DNA of 64,000 bases from Balamuthia mandrillaris (taxonomy: Eukaryota). The stretch covers positions 62,001 to 126,000 of the forward strand of contig JAVKOQ020000093.1 in assembly GCA_031835245.2 (NCBI GenBank), written 5' to 3'. The notes under the pieces were generated by a model. It saw only the letters and a program-made list of their open reading frames with translations, was not told the origin of the DNA and made no database searches. Position numbers and translations under genes: made by a program. This document shows, one piece after another, positions 51,938-63,353 of the stretch. Position 1 is the first letter of the stretch, and every line of letters starts with the position of its first letter.

Positions 51938-52270
51938 AGGAGGAGGAGGAGGAGGCAAGCGAGACAGAACAAGAAAAGCAGAGAAGAGAACAAAAAAAAC
52001 TAACCTTATTGCACAACAGCCTTGCCATTCTTGTTGCCTGTACAAGATTTGAACGGAGCTGATCTCTTCCGGTTCCTCGCTGGCATTGAGGTTCCAGAGG
52101 AGGTGGACAGTGGTGGCAACAACAATCCATACACTTGCGGCTGGAACAGCATGGCAGTCCAAGGAAACGAGGTCTTCATGTCCGGCTTCAATCCATTTAA
52201 CGTTCCAGGCGCAGCATCCAACTCGCCACCACCGACCGGCGGTTGGTCTATCTCCTCCGTCTACTATTAA
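49764..52270 (+). CDS. Secreted uncharacterised protein, probable beta-propeller (4 exons)
   Basis: Signal peptide MRSWVLPLALVLLLGVCLAAA; repeated blade-like motifs IWFGT, YIYFAG, GLYAG, RIFVTT, WLYFGT, LLIGT; GADLFRF. Confidence 0.75.
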
Positions 52271-52368
52271 ATATATCAAAACAGAAACGCTTTTAAGAAA
52301 GGAAAAGGAGTTCGAAAGGAAAGAAAAAAGTTGTTAAGAAGTACTTTTGTTTATGTGATGTTTAAGCT

Positions 52369-53543
52369 TTAACAAGAGAGATGAGCAAAGCCAGGTACAG
52401 CTTGTTGCAAGTAATAGCAGAACCAAGCGATGGCCCAAGAGTGGTTAGGGAGAATGATCCTTCCGGCAACTTGATAATTCCAATCGTTAACTTGGCTCAA
52501 TGTCCAGTTCTTAAACGCCAGCATATAAGAGCCGGCGACCTCTCCCGTTCTGTCGCAGCCGCATTCGCAGTGGAAGTAGAAGACAGTCGGTTTGTCGAAC
52601 TTGGTGTGAAGCTGCTGGTGGATGGCTGGGATCAGGGCTGGAAGGTTGTCATGTTGCCACTCGCCCAACGTTTTAGCCCTTTTTGGAGTGCGTGTTTATT
52701 TTGTTAGAAAGAAAAAGGGAAGAAGAGAACAATTGAAGAGAAAACAGCAGCAGAGGAGGGGAAGCAACAGAAGAAGAACAACAACACCAAGGGGAGCGAG
52801 AGGAACCATTTTTTGCGATAGCTAGATGGAATAATGGAAGGAGAATAGGCATCACCCCATATTTCCTGATAAGCCAGACAAAAAAAAAATGAGTAGGTAA
52901 GAAAGCAAGAAGAAGGAAGAGTGGGTACGCGAACCAATCCTACAAAGCTGCCGAGGCTTGGATGAGCGTCAAAGAATTCTTTTTCCAATTGGATATCTCC
53001 ATTCTCCAATGGGTTGTGGAAGTAGTACAACCTAATAACAAGGAGAGGAGAAAGAAAAGAAAGAGAAGAGCATAAATGGTAGTTAAAACCAATGCCTTAT
53101 GGAGTGTCGATTGTATTTTTGAAAACTTCACTTACTTCATATCAATGAGGTTGAAGTCGGCTGCATACGCGAAGAGAGCAGAGCAGAGGGCACAAGAGGT
53201 TATTAACTTATATAGAGACAGTAAAGAGAAGGAGAGGGACTGGAGGGAAGCAACAAAAAGAAGGACAATCAAAGCGAGGGAGAAAGGTACATGGTAAACT
53301 GAAATTCTGGTTTTGAGCGGCCAGGCTGAGGTACTTCTTCAACTGGTCATAGGCAAAGATGTCTTTGCCGGAGGCATCTTTGACCTTGGGCTCGTTGCCC
53401 CTGAACAGAAAATTGGTGATGTTGCCGTGTGTTGCGTGGTCCAGCAATATCACTTTCTTCTGCTCCAAATAGTCAGCGCGGACAGAGGCCACCAAGAAGC
53501 AGCAGACACCAAGCAAGCACAACACAACCAAGGACCTCGGCAT
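52369..53543 (-). CDS. Secreted/lumenal Cys-based (PTP/dual-specificity-like) phosphatase, multi-exon
   Basis: Signal peptide MPRSLVVLCLLGVCCFLVASVRA; P-loop YFHCECGCDRTG (C-X5-R). Confidence 0.8.
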
Positions 53544-53609
53544 TGTTCCTTTTGGTAAAAAATAAACTGTTGAATTTTTTTTTTGCACCGCTTTTTTTTG
53601 TTGCTATAA

Positions 53610-53670
53610 GGCATTACTGTCGACAACTACGGTATTTGTCGACACATTCTTCGCATTTTGTCGACACATA
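53610..53670. promoter_or_regulatory. Three TGTCGACA palindromes in the divergent promoter (phosphatase / VPS9)
   Basis: TGTCGACA at 53618, 53637 and 53659. Confidence 0.55.
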
Positions 53671-53792
53671 ATATCGCCACGATGAAAAAACGTCCAATCT
53701 TCTTCCTGTAATGCCATACGTTTTGTCATGAAAAGTCCAACAATTGATGAGTCTAATTTCTTTTTCTATTTTCATAAATAAATAAAAAGAAG

Positions 53793-56700
53793 ATGAACGC
53801 CTCAAGCAGAATGGAACACCACCACCACAGCGACGAGGAAGAGGAGGAGGAAGAGGCGGCAGAAGAAGAGGATGAGGTCGTCGTCAAGCAGGAAAACTTT
53901 CAAAGCAAATTCGGGACGAGAGAATTGACGGCCGCCGATTGGGAGATCATCAACAAGAAGCTCTCCAAGGAGGACCGCTGGAAGAGGCTCCCGGACCTCT
54001 GCTACGAGGTCGTCAAGATCAACCAAGTGGGACGGCGGCAGCGTCGCACACTCCGGCTTACCGCGTATGCCTTGTTTTCATCTTAACTTCTCTTTCTTTC
54101 TTCCTTGCTTTCTTCTCTCTCTTCTCTCTCTCTCTCTCTCTCTCTACGCCTCTCTCCTCCTCTTTTCTTCCCGTTCTTTCGTTCTCTTGCTGTGGGTTGC
54201 TTCTTTCTTCTTATTGTTAAATTTTGTTTTCAAAGGAACACGATCGACAACATTAGACCCAAGAGCCAAAAGGTGTCCAGCACGTTTGTTTATACCGACG
54301 TGAGGAAGGTCTATCTCCGCAACATCAAGGTCTTGGTCATTAAGTATGCCTCCGGCCGCCACCCTTATGTCTATCGCTCTCCGGTACTCGTTCACTCACT
54401 CGCTCACTCACTCTCTCTCTTTCTCTCTTCTTCTCGTTCTCTTATTCTGTCCATCCCTCTTCTCGTTCTGTTGTTCTGTCGTTCTTCTCAGTCGCTCTTC
54501 TCTCCTCTCTCCCCTGTTCTCTCTTCTCTTTTCTAGATTCTTCCTCCTCTCTTCTCCTCTTTCTCTCCTCGTCCTCTCTTTTTGCACTCGTACTCTTCTG
54601 TCTCATTCTCTCTTTTCCGTTCTCTTGTTCTCTCTCTCTCTCTCTCTCTTGTATCTCTTCTTTTTGTAACACTCTACAATGAAACCATTAAAGGTGGCAA
54701 TGCATATAGTGCAAGAGATATCCAGTCGTATCAATATGCGACGAGATGTAATATCAGAATTGAGAGCACGAACCCTCTCCGACTATACCATTGTTCGTAA
54801 ACACCAAGAAAAGCTGGTCTGTTGATTCTCCTCTCCTGTCTCTCTCTCTCTCTCTCTCTCGCTTGCATCTTCTCTATCTTTCTCTGCTCACCACCCAAAT
54901 ATATAGTTATCCAGTGGAGACTTGAGTGCATCAAATTTGCAACAAGTTTTAGTGGAGCTGACAAAACTGCACAAAGACACACATAAAAGAGATTCCTCAC
55001 ACAAACAAGAGAATGAAGAAAAAGAAAGTGAAAGTGAGAAATGGGAAGAAGAAGAAGAAGATGGTGATGAAAGAGAAGAAGAGGAAGATGCAGACGGAGA
55101 AGTTGAGAATGAAGGAAGACGAGCTGGAACTGGAGTACAAGAACATAGGAAAGTGCAGAAAGCGAGCAAGCTGGCAAAACTGTTGGGATCTTCTGAAGAA
55201 GAGCGGCTGGAGGCTGCTATCAACAGGTATCGCTTCTCATTCTTGCTTGCCTTTCTTATTGCTTCTTGCTTTCCTCTTCTCTCTTTAATGTTCTCTTTTT
55301 GATTAACAACCCCAAAAGCATCGCGTTAGATGAAACAAAAACAGAAGGCAAGGCGTTGGCTCAGTTTTGCTCTAACTTTGCTGTGTTGGAAACTAATGCA
55401 GCGACGCTGGCTATGAACGTACGTCAGTTTATCGACGACATGCGAGACTACATTCTGGAAAGACACTCCAAAGAACTATCAAAACTACTCGTTCAATTCT
55501 CTCAAGTAACATTTCTTTCTTATCCCACTCTCCATTTTCCTTTGCCCCTCTCCTTTTCTCTCTTCTCAACACGTTATTTCGTCTTCAAAAAAAGCACACG
55601 ACTTCACCAGAGAATGTAAGCTTAACAGGAATAATAGAGAGAAGTTTGGAGAAGGCCGTCATCCCTCGTTTCAGAGAACGCATAGCAATGTCTTTGTCGC
55701 AACCCTCGCTCTTGGATGAAGTAACGTTAAAGAGACAAATGCAAAAGGCACGGGCGCAGTCTCAACAAGCTTTCGAGATTCCGGTTAGTTCACTTCTTTC
55801 TTCTTGTATTATATTCCTCTGTTTATGTACTAAGCTTCATGCGCCAATAATTATATCAGCGAAAGTGGATATCAAGGACCAACTATAAGCTCGCCATTCG
55901 CAATGTGAACCTTCTTAACGAACAAGAATTACCACAAGATCTACTGAATACCATCGTGGCCTCTGCGAAAGCCATTTACACCACTGTATTCATTCTCTTC
56001 TTCTTGTTCTTCTTGTTCTTCTTGTTCTTCTTCCTCCTCTCTCTCATCTCACGTCTTTTCCTTCTCAAGATAAACCTTGAAAAGAACAGAGGAAGAAAGA
56101 ACGAAGAACGCAAAAGGTACATCTTGAACGCAGACGACTTTTTCCCGGTATGCTCTATGCGCTTTCTCCCGCTTTTTGCTTTCGTTCTTCTCTTCCTTTA
56201 AAGCTCACAAATGATACTACAGATATACCTGTATGTGGTAGCTCACAGTCACGTGAAGCGTCCATTGTTGTTGGTAGAGTTCCTGTGGAGCTTAAGCGAT
56301 CCTCAACAGCTATCTGGGGAGGCAGGATACTATCTCACCGTCTTTTGTTCAGCGTTGGAATACCTTAAGACGATGCCTTTGCCGGACCTTCCTCCCAATT
56401 CTTCTTCTTCTGCGACAACAACAAGCTCTTCGACGGTTACCTCGCCGTCTTCTTCTGTTGCTTCTTCTATAGCTTCCACTCCTTCCTCTTCAGCCTTTGA
56501 AATGTTCGAAATGACTGTCTTGCCTTCTTCCTCTACTTCTGCAAAAGCAGCTCAAGCCGCTATTTCACCTCGTCCATCGTGGTCAGTGGCCACTGCCTTG
56601 ACCTCTGGCTCAGCTTCTTCTCCTTCCTCTCCTGCTGCTTCTCCTCTTTCTCGCCCTCGTGCTCGCTCTCCTTCTTTACCTCCTACCCCAAACTTCCTTT

Positions 56701-57095
56701 CAACTTCCTCTTCCTCGTCTCCCTCATCCTCTTCTTCTGGTTCCGCAATTATTCCTCCAATTTCATTGTCCTCTCTTTCTAGCTCCTCTTCTTCATCGTC
56801 TTCCTCCTCTTCTTCTTCTTCAAGTCATCGCCTCAGCCATCTTATATCCCCAAAACGTTCTGCTTCAGTGGCAACGGAGAAATGCGCCGCTTTCGAGTCC
56901 TCGCAGCCATCTCGCTCCGTCTCTCACTTTGTATCTCCTCGTCGTCGTTCACCACCTGCTTCCTCTTCCTCTGTTTCTTCTTCCTCTTCTACTACCTCGC
57001 CGCCACCAACAACGTGGAAGTCGTATACCTCTCATCAACAGAAGCAGCTGCAACAACGGCAACAAGGCGAAGGAAAAGCCAGCGGCAGCGCTTGA
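53793..57095 (+). CDS. VPS9-domain Rab5-family GEF with N-terminal PH-like domain and Ser-rich tail, multi-exon
   Basis: LNADDFFP-IYLYVV and GEAGYYLTVFCSALEYL VPS9 signatures; helical bundle VRQFIDDMRDYIL. Confidence 0.88.
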
Positions 57096-57233
57096 GTGCA
57101 AGCACGTTCTGGTGCGTCTCCCTTTCCGAGGTCACACAAGAACACGCAGCAACAAGAAACTGTTAAAAACAAAAAAAAAAAAGACTTCAACAAAGAGAAG
57201 AGAAGTTCATCCCTCCTTCATTATTCCGTTTTT

Positions 57234-57571
57234 TTAGAGAGTGGGTTTGCCTTTTTGTTCCCATTGCTCAGGTGTCCAGGTCTTCATGGAGAGGGCATGA
57301 ATGTCCTTCATGACGCTCTGCAGGGCCTCGTTGACCATGCGATGTCGCTCCAGCAAGGCCTTGTCCGCAAACTTGGAGGAGACCACCAGCAGGGAGAACT
57401 TGGCACCGCAGCCCGAGGATTGGTCTTCAATTCCCTAATATATTTTAGTCGTAGTTTGTTGAGGATTAACGCATTCCGTGCAGTAATGTCGAAAAGGTGC
57501 TAGCTTAGTACCAAGTGGACCGGAGCAAAGGTTTCCTCCAACAATGCTCTTACTCTTGCTTCTTGTGCCAT
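57234..57571 (-). CDS. BOLA2: BolA-family protein, BolA2-like, 86 aa (exons 57571-57512, 57434-57234); absent from the ORF track
   Basis: Manual translation: MAQEARVRALLEETFAPVHL|GIEDQSSGCGAKFSLLVVSSKFADKALLERHRMVNEALQSVMKDIHALSMKTWTPEQWEQKGKPTL*. Has GCG..F, RHRMVN, IHAL and TPEQW motifs. Confidence 0.93.
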
Positions 57572-57584
57572 GCTCTTCTTTTTG

Positions 57585-57775
57585 CCTTGTTGTCGACAGA
57601 AAGATCGGTTCGAGTGCACAAAATTTTCAAAACCCAACAAAAATAATTGATAATAATTCGGAAATTTTTGGCCAAATATGTGTTTATGTCGACAATCTCA
57701 TCTTGTTTTCGTCGACAAACGGCAAAGAAAAGTCGAATGTCGACAACAAACCCAAAAAAATTGTCGATAAGCGAG
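57585..57775. promoter_or_regulatory. Cluster of GTCGAC(A) palindromes in the divergent promoter (BolA / F-box)
   Basis: TGTCGACA at 57591, 57687 and 57738; GTCGACA at 57711; TTGTCGATAA at 57761. Confidence 0.55.
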
Positions 57776-58380
57776 CGAATGCCTAGCAACCAGGCCTGCC
57801 GGTGCCGCAAGAGGGAGTCGTTTCTCACGCCTACTTCACGCCACCCCCCAAAAAAAGTAGCGAAAATCAGGGTTAACCCCAGAAAACACCAAACAAAAAA
57901 AAAAGAGTAGTGGGTCCCATAAAAGAGGAGAGAGAGAGAGAGAGAAACGGAGTCCGCTTTCAAGTAGTTTTTGAGTAGTTTTTGTACACCAAGGCCCCCC
58001 CCCCTCTCCACTCCCTCTTCTATGCTCCCACTCCTACCCTTTTATATTTTTACTTTTTTTTTTCTTTGGGTGCTCATCTTGGTCCGTCCTAATAGAAGGA
58101 AAAAAAAAAACAACAACAAGCAAACAAGGAAGAAGTGGGAGAAGAGAGAGAGAGCCTTTGCGTTTTTGGTTGTTGTCTGGAAACCTTCCTTCTTCGACGA
58201 GGATCACAAACAAACTTGGTCACCGTGGTCTTCCCTCCGCTCGTCTTTCTCTTGGAACAGACGTTTTGCTTTTCTCTCAAGGAGGCAACGGACCACATTA
58301 TCAATCCAAGGAGAGAAAAAAAAGCAAGCAAGCAAGAAAAAAACTCCTGCAGCGTCATCGAAAAAAAAAAACTAGATAAG

Positions 58381-61351
58381 ATGACCCAGACAGGAGAGGG
58401 CACGCTCTCTGCGGACAGCAGCACTAACGGGACTGCCACTACCTCGACTCCCGCGGCTAGAGTCACAGCAGAAGCGCTGGAGGAGGCCTCCCATAAGAAC
58501 AAGTCCAAGCTCCGTGAAGAGAAAGGCAAGGAAACTTCGTCAGCCATGGTCACAGAGAACCAACACGTGGTTCTTCCTCTTTCCTTTCTGCCAAATGAGG
58601 TGTGTTCTTTTTTTTGTGTGTCGTCTTTTTCTCCGTGTTGTTCCTTTGCTCTTGTTCTTCTTCTTGTTCTTCTTGTTGTTCTTGTTCTTCTTCTTGTTCT
58701 TCTTGTTCTTCTTCTCGTTCTTCTTCTCCTTTTTCTTTTCTTCTTCTTGCTATTTCTTTCTTTCTTTTCTGACGGGCTTTAAAATAACAATCATAAAAGC
58801 TTATGCTGCACATATTTTCCTTCATCGACGGAGCGGAGTTGCTGAAACTCCCGTTGGTTTGCTCCATGTGGAGGAACTTGTTGGAGGATCCGTTGGTGTG
58901 GAGGGAACTCTTCTTTCGGACATTTAGGTTGCGGTTCGTCTCGTTCTTGCCTTCTATCACCAGCGCTCGACGAGACTGGAAGAGAGTATACATAAACAAG
59001 CTTCGTGAAGATTACAAGCTTTCCAAAGAACTCAGCAGACGTTTTAACGGCACTTTTGAGGTACCTCCATTACTCACCTCTCTATCTCTCGCCCTCCTAA
59101 GTTTTTCTGTTTTTTCGATGAAGAACACCAAAACCTTTAGTGGTTCCCATGGTGAGGCTATCTTTGGACTTTGCCCCAACGAAGAGACAGGTATACTGGT
59201 GGCTGGTTGTGGCAGCGCTTTGAAGATTTGGGATATGTCTAGTGGAGTTCTTCTGCGCAGCATCGAAGCTCATTCCAAGCCAATCCGGTTTGTCCTTACG
59301 CAAGCTCTTATTTTTGTTGTTGTTCTTTTCTGACGATATCTTCCACTATTCGTTTCTGCTTGGATTGTCAAACAGGGATGTGTTGTGTGACGACGACAAG
59401 ATCATTTCTGGGTCGTTGGACGGAACCATCAAAATAACTGATATGGAGTCCGGTAGAGTCCAACACACCCTGGCAGGTACCACTTTTCGTTTACATTACA
59501 GGTGTTTTTTAAAGAGAATTATAACTTATTCTCTCTCTCTCTCTGTTATATTTGCACAGAACATCGTTCTTGGGTGTTAAGCTTGGCTCACAACATCATT
59601 CATATTGTCTCTGGAAGCTCCGATAAAACGATAAAACTATGGACTACTGCCAATGGAAAGTGCATTCAAACGTTTAAAGAACACGCTGGTGCTGTTCGTT
59701 CTGTGGATTGCAACTCTTCTCACATCCTCTCCGCTTCCGTGGATAACACTGTTAAACTTTGGGACTACAATTACTCTACTTCTGTTTCCACCTTTGGAGG
59801 TTTCTTATTGTTTTCTTTTTCATTCATTTCTGTTTTGGTTGTCCTTGTAATTTCTCATTTCGATTTTCTTTGCGTCCTCTTTTTTTAATGTTTTTTGTCT
59901 ATTGTTCTAACTCGAAAACATTAACAAAAGGATACATGGATGCGGTGGTAAAATGCCAATTTGTGAACGAGAACATCTTCTGGACGGCGGCCTTTGATAG
60001 CACCCTCATGAAATGGGACCGACGCAGCCCAAGAGCCGTCCACAGCCACAAGCTCTCCGCCCCGGTGACCTGCCTGCACGCCGACATCCACAAAGTGGTC
60101 TTTGGTATGTGGAACGGCAGCATCCACGTCTACGATGCTATTAACCATGGCATCATCAACACGCTCAGCTCTGCCTACGGTAAGCACAGAGAGGCTGTAA
60201 ATTGCATCCATTTTGGCACCTCTCGCGTGGTCAGCGGCAGCCATGACTCAACCATCAAAATATGGCAGCAGCAGAGTCCCTCTCAACACAAGTTCAGTCT
60301 TGAACAAGTCAAACGACTGTTTGGCGACAACAGCGTCGCATCGTCTGGTAGTACAGTCTGTTCTGCTGCTTCCTCATCATCTTCTGCCTCTTCTTTTACT
60401 CTCCCTCCTTCCATTGCTTGGTTGAATAGCTCAAGCACCACTCCTTCCGCTTATCCATCCTCTCCTGCTTCCCCGCCGCCTTCTTCCACGTCCTCTGCTT
60501 CCTCTCCTTTGGCCTCCGCTTCTCCCTCTCCTCCCTTTGCTTCATCGTCCTCGCCGGCTATCGCTGCCACCACCGCTGCAGGTGTCGCCTCTCCTTCTTC
60601 TTCTCCTTCCTCCTCCTTCATCTTTTCCAACCCTCCGTCTTCTCCCTCCTCATCTTCTCCCTCCTCAACTCAAAACATGTTTGCTTGGTTGCCAATGATG
60701 GCGTCTCCTCCTTCTCCTTCTCCTCTTCACCGCCGCAATCACCATCAGTTTCCTTCTCCTCCTTATCAGCATCAAAATGCTTATCTTCCAAATGCTCGTA
60801 ACACCTTTATCAACCAACAACATTACTCCCACAGACCGCATTTTCCTCCCCTTCATCAACTCCCTTCTCATTCTTCATATTCACAGCACCAACGTACATC
60901 GTCTCCCCCTTCTCCTTCCGTTGCTCCTTCCTCCTCTTCTGGAGGAAGAGGAGAAAGAGGAGAAAGTGGTGACAGCGGAGAAGGAGCTGATTGGTATTCC
61001 AGTGCTATCCCCTCCATCAGTTCCGTTGGTGCTAGGCATCAACAACAACGGCCCTCTTACTCCCGTTCTTCCGTCCCTTCTCCTTCTTCGTCCCCTTCCT
61101 CCTCCTCCTCCTCTTCCCTTTCTTCATCTCCTGCATCCGCCACTATTTCTCCTGTTGGCTCTTCCTCCTCCTCCACGTCTTCCTCCTCCTCCTCCTCCTC
61201 CGACCCTATAACCACCACGCTCAACCCTTCCGTGCTGAGAACTCCCCACGTGAACGCCAGCGCTGACCCTTCCACCGATGTGGAGGACGATGTTGTTGCT
61301 TCCGCGATCCCCCAGCACCACCAGCACCACCACCAGAATCATTGCTCCTGA
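58381..61351 (+). CDS. F-box/WD40 repeat protein (Fbw7/Cdc4/beta-TrCP class) with long Ser/Pro-rich C-terminal tail, multi-exon
   Basis: F-box LPNE|LMLHIFSFID...VCSMWRNLLEDPLVW; WD repeats ISGSLDGTIKI, VSGSSDKTIKLW, SASVDNTVKLWD, VSGSHDSTIKIW. Confidence 0.92.
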
Positions 61352-61888
61352 TTCGTTTTTTTTTGACTTTATATTTTTGTTTGCTTGTGTGTATATTGCC
61401 TTTTGTTTTTTTTAAAAAAAAGACTAACAAAAGATCTGGTATGCTGCAAAGTTTGGCCATCAAAGAAGACCTGGGCCCAAAGAGAGAGTGAGTGAGTGAG
61501 AAAGAAAGAAAGCAGCACTCCACTTCCAGTTTTTCGTTCTTTCGCTTTTCCTCGTTCTTCTTTTTTTGTGTTTATACCAGTACCAATCAAAAATCAAAAA
61601 ACTTGACGATCTAGATTTGATCACGTAAAATTGCACCTTTTGAGCAGGTTTTGTGCACCAGGCAGGCCCTCCTGCACAAGCACAAAAGAAAAACAGCAGG
61701 ATTCGTGCAGCTTTTCACCAGCATGATCTGCCTCAGCTAATTTCGAAGGAAGAAGACGAAGACGAAGAGGAAGAGGAAGACGGAGAAGAGGAAGTAAGAA
61801 GAGTAGTCCGTCTCTCTTTCTTCTCTTCCCCCACAAACAAAAACGAAAAAAAAAACTACAATAAAATAGCAAACAAACAACAGGCGTG

Positions 61889-63314
61889 ATGGAGGAGGTA
61901 ACGAGTAACAGTCACAACAAAGGAAAGGACTCCCCTGTTGTTGTTGTTGTTGGGGAAGAGGAGAACGGCATCCTCGGTCATGAAGGAGAGGAGGAGGAGG
62001 AGGAGGAAGAAGCAGAGAAGAAAGAGAATCCAAAGTTGATGGAAGAGGAAGATTTTCTCTGGCAAAACTTGGCTCGTTTTGAGAAAGAAGCTGCTGCACG
62101 AGCAAAAGACGAAGAAGGAGAAAAAGGAACAGAAGCCAAAGAGGCGGCAGGGAAGAACATTGTCACAGAGAATGTTCTTCCCGCCAGTGAAGCTGCAGTC
62201 GTTAGAGACATGGAAGAGAACGAAACTGTAGTGGATCCGCAGCAGCAGCAACCACCACAGCAGCAGCAGTCATTGCAGCTCACCACCACCACAACAACGA
62301 CAACAACGCAAGGGACGAAGAAGAAGAAGAAAAAGAAGAAGAAAGAGGTTGGCTTTGGGGATGAGTACTTTCGGGACACGTGGCCCAAGTACAGCAAGCA
62401 CATTTTTATTATGAGCAGCGCTGGCAAGCCGGTTTACTCCAGGTTTCATTGCCTTCCTTTGTTCTCGCGCTTTGTTGTTGTGCTCTTTTTTTTTCATGCT
62501 TCTCTTATTGTATCTTTCTTTCCCGTTTTCTTTTTTTTTTGTTTGTCGTTTCTTTCTTGTCGTATGTTTTGCGTTCTTTCTTCTTTCTTCTTCTCTATGC
62601 TCTCTTCTCTCTTCTTTCGCGTTCTTCTTCTTCTCCTCCTCTCCTTCTTTTTCTTTTTTCTTTTATCGTTTGCATAGTTTCCTTCTTTGTGCTTTGTTTG
62701 TTTTCTTTTGGTTATTTATTGTTTGCTCATTGAAGACTATCTAATGTGGTGGTGCTGTTAAAGGTATGGTGACGAGCAAAAGCTATGCTCGTTCATGCCT
62801 GTTCTCTCTGCTATCTCTTCTTTTGTTGTGGATGCTGGCGATACCATCAAGTTAGATCTCTCTCTCTCTCTCTCTCTCTCCTCTCTTGCTCTTATTTCAA
62901 CTTTTTTAATCTGTCGTACTAACAACAAACCTCACACCATTATTTACTATGTTGCTTCTTTAGGACCATTATTGCTGGCCAACACAAGATTGTGTTTCTA
63001 TTCAAGGGACCGCTCTACTTGGTCGCTGTCTCTAAAACGCCCGAGGTACAATTTAAAGCTCCCTTTCGTTCTCGTTCTCGTCTTCTTGTTTTGGTTTTCT
63101 TGTTCTGTTCTAATGCTCTTTTATCGATTTCTGCATGCTTGCTATGACCTTTTCAGCCTGCATGGGAGTTGGAACGTCAGTTGGAGTACATCCACTCGCA
63201 AATAATCAGTAGTTTGACCAGTGGAGTCAACAAGATATACAAAACCCGCCCTCACTTTGACATTCGTGATCTTCAAGGAAGTACGTTAAATTTGAGAGAG
63301 AGAGAGAGAGAGAG

Positions 63315-63353
<39 letters not shown>

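Noticed and set aside
57096..57503. 135-aa plus-strand ORF after VPS9
   Set aside because: Antisense to the BolA gene, which explains the region.
57600..57625. GGTTCGAGT B-box-like sequence (possible tRNA)
   Set aside because: No cloverleaf or A-box can be formed around it.
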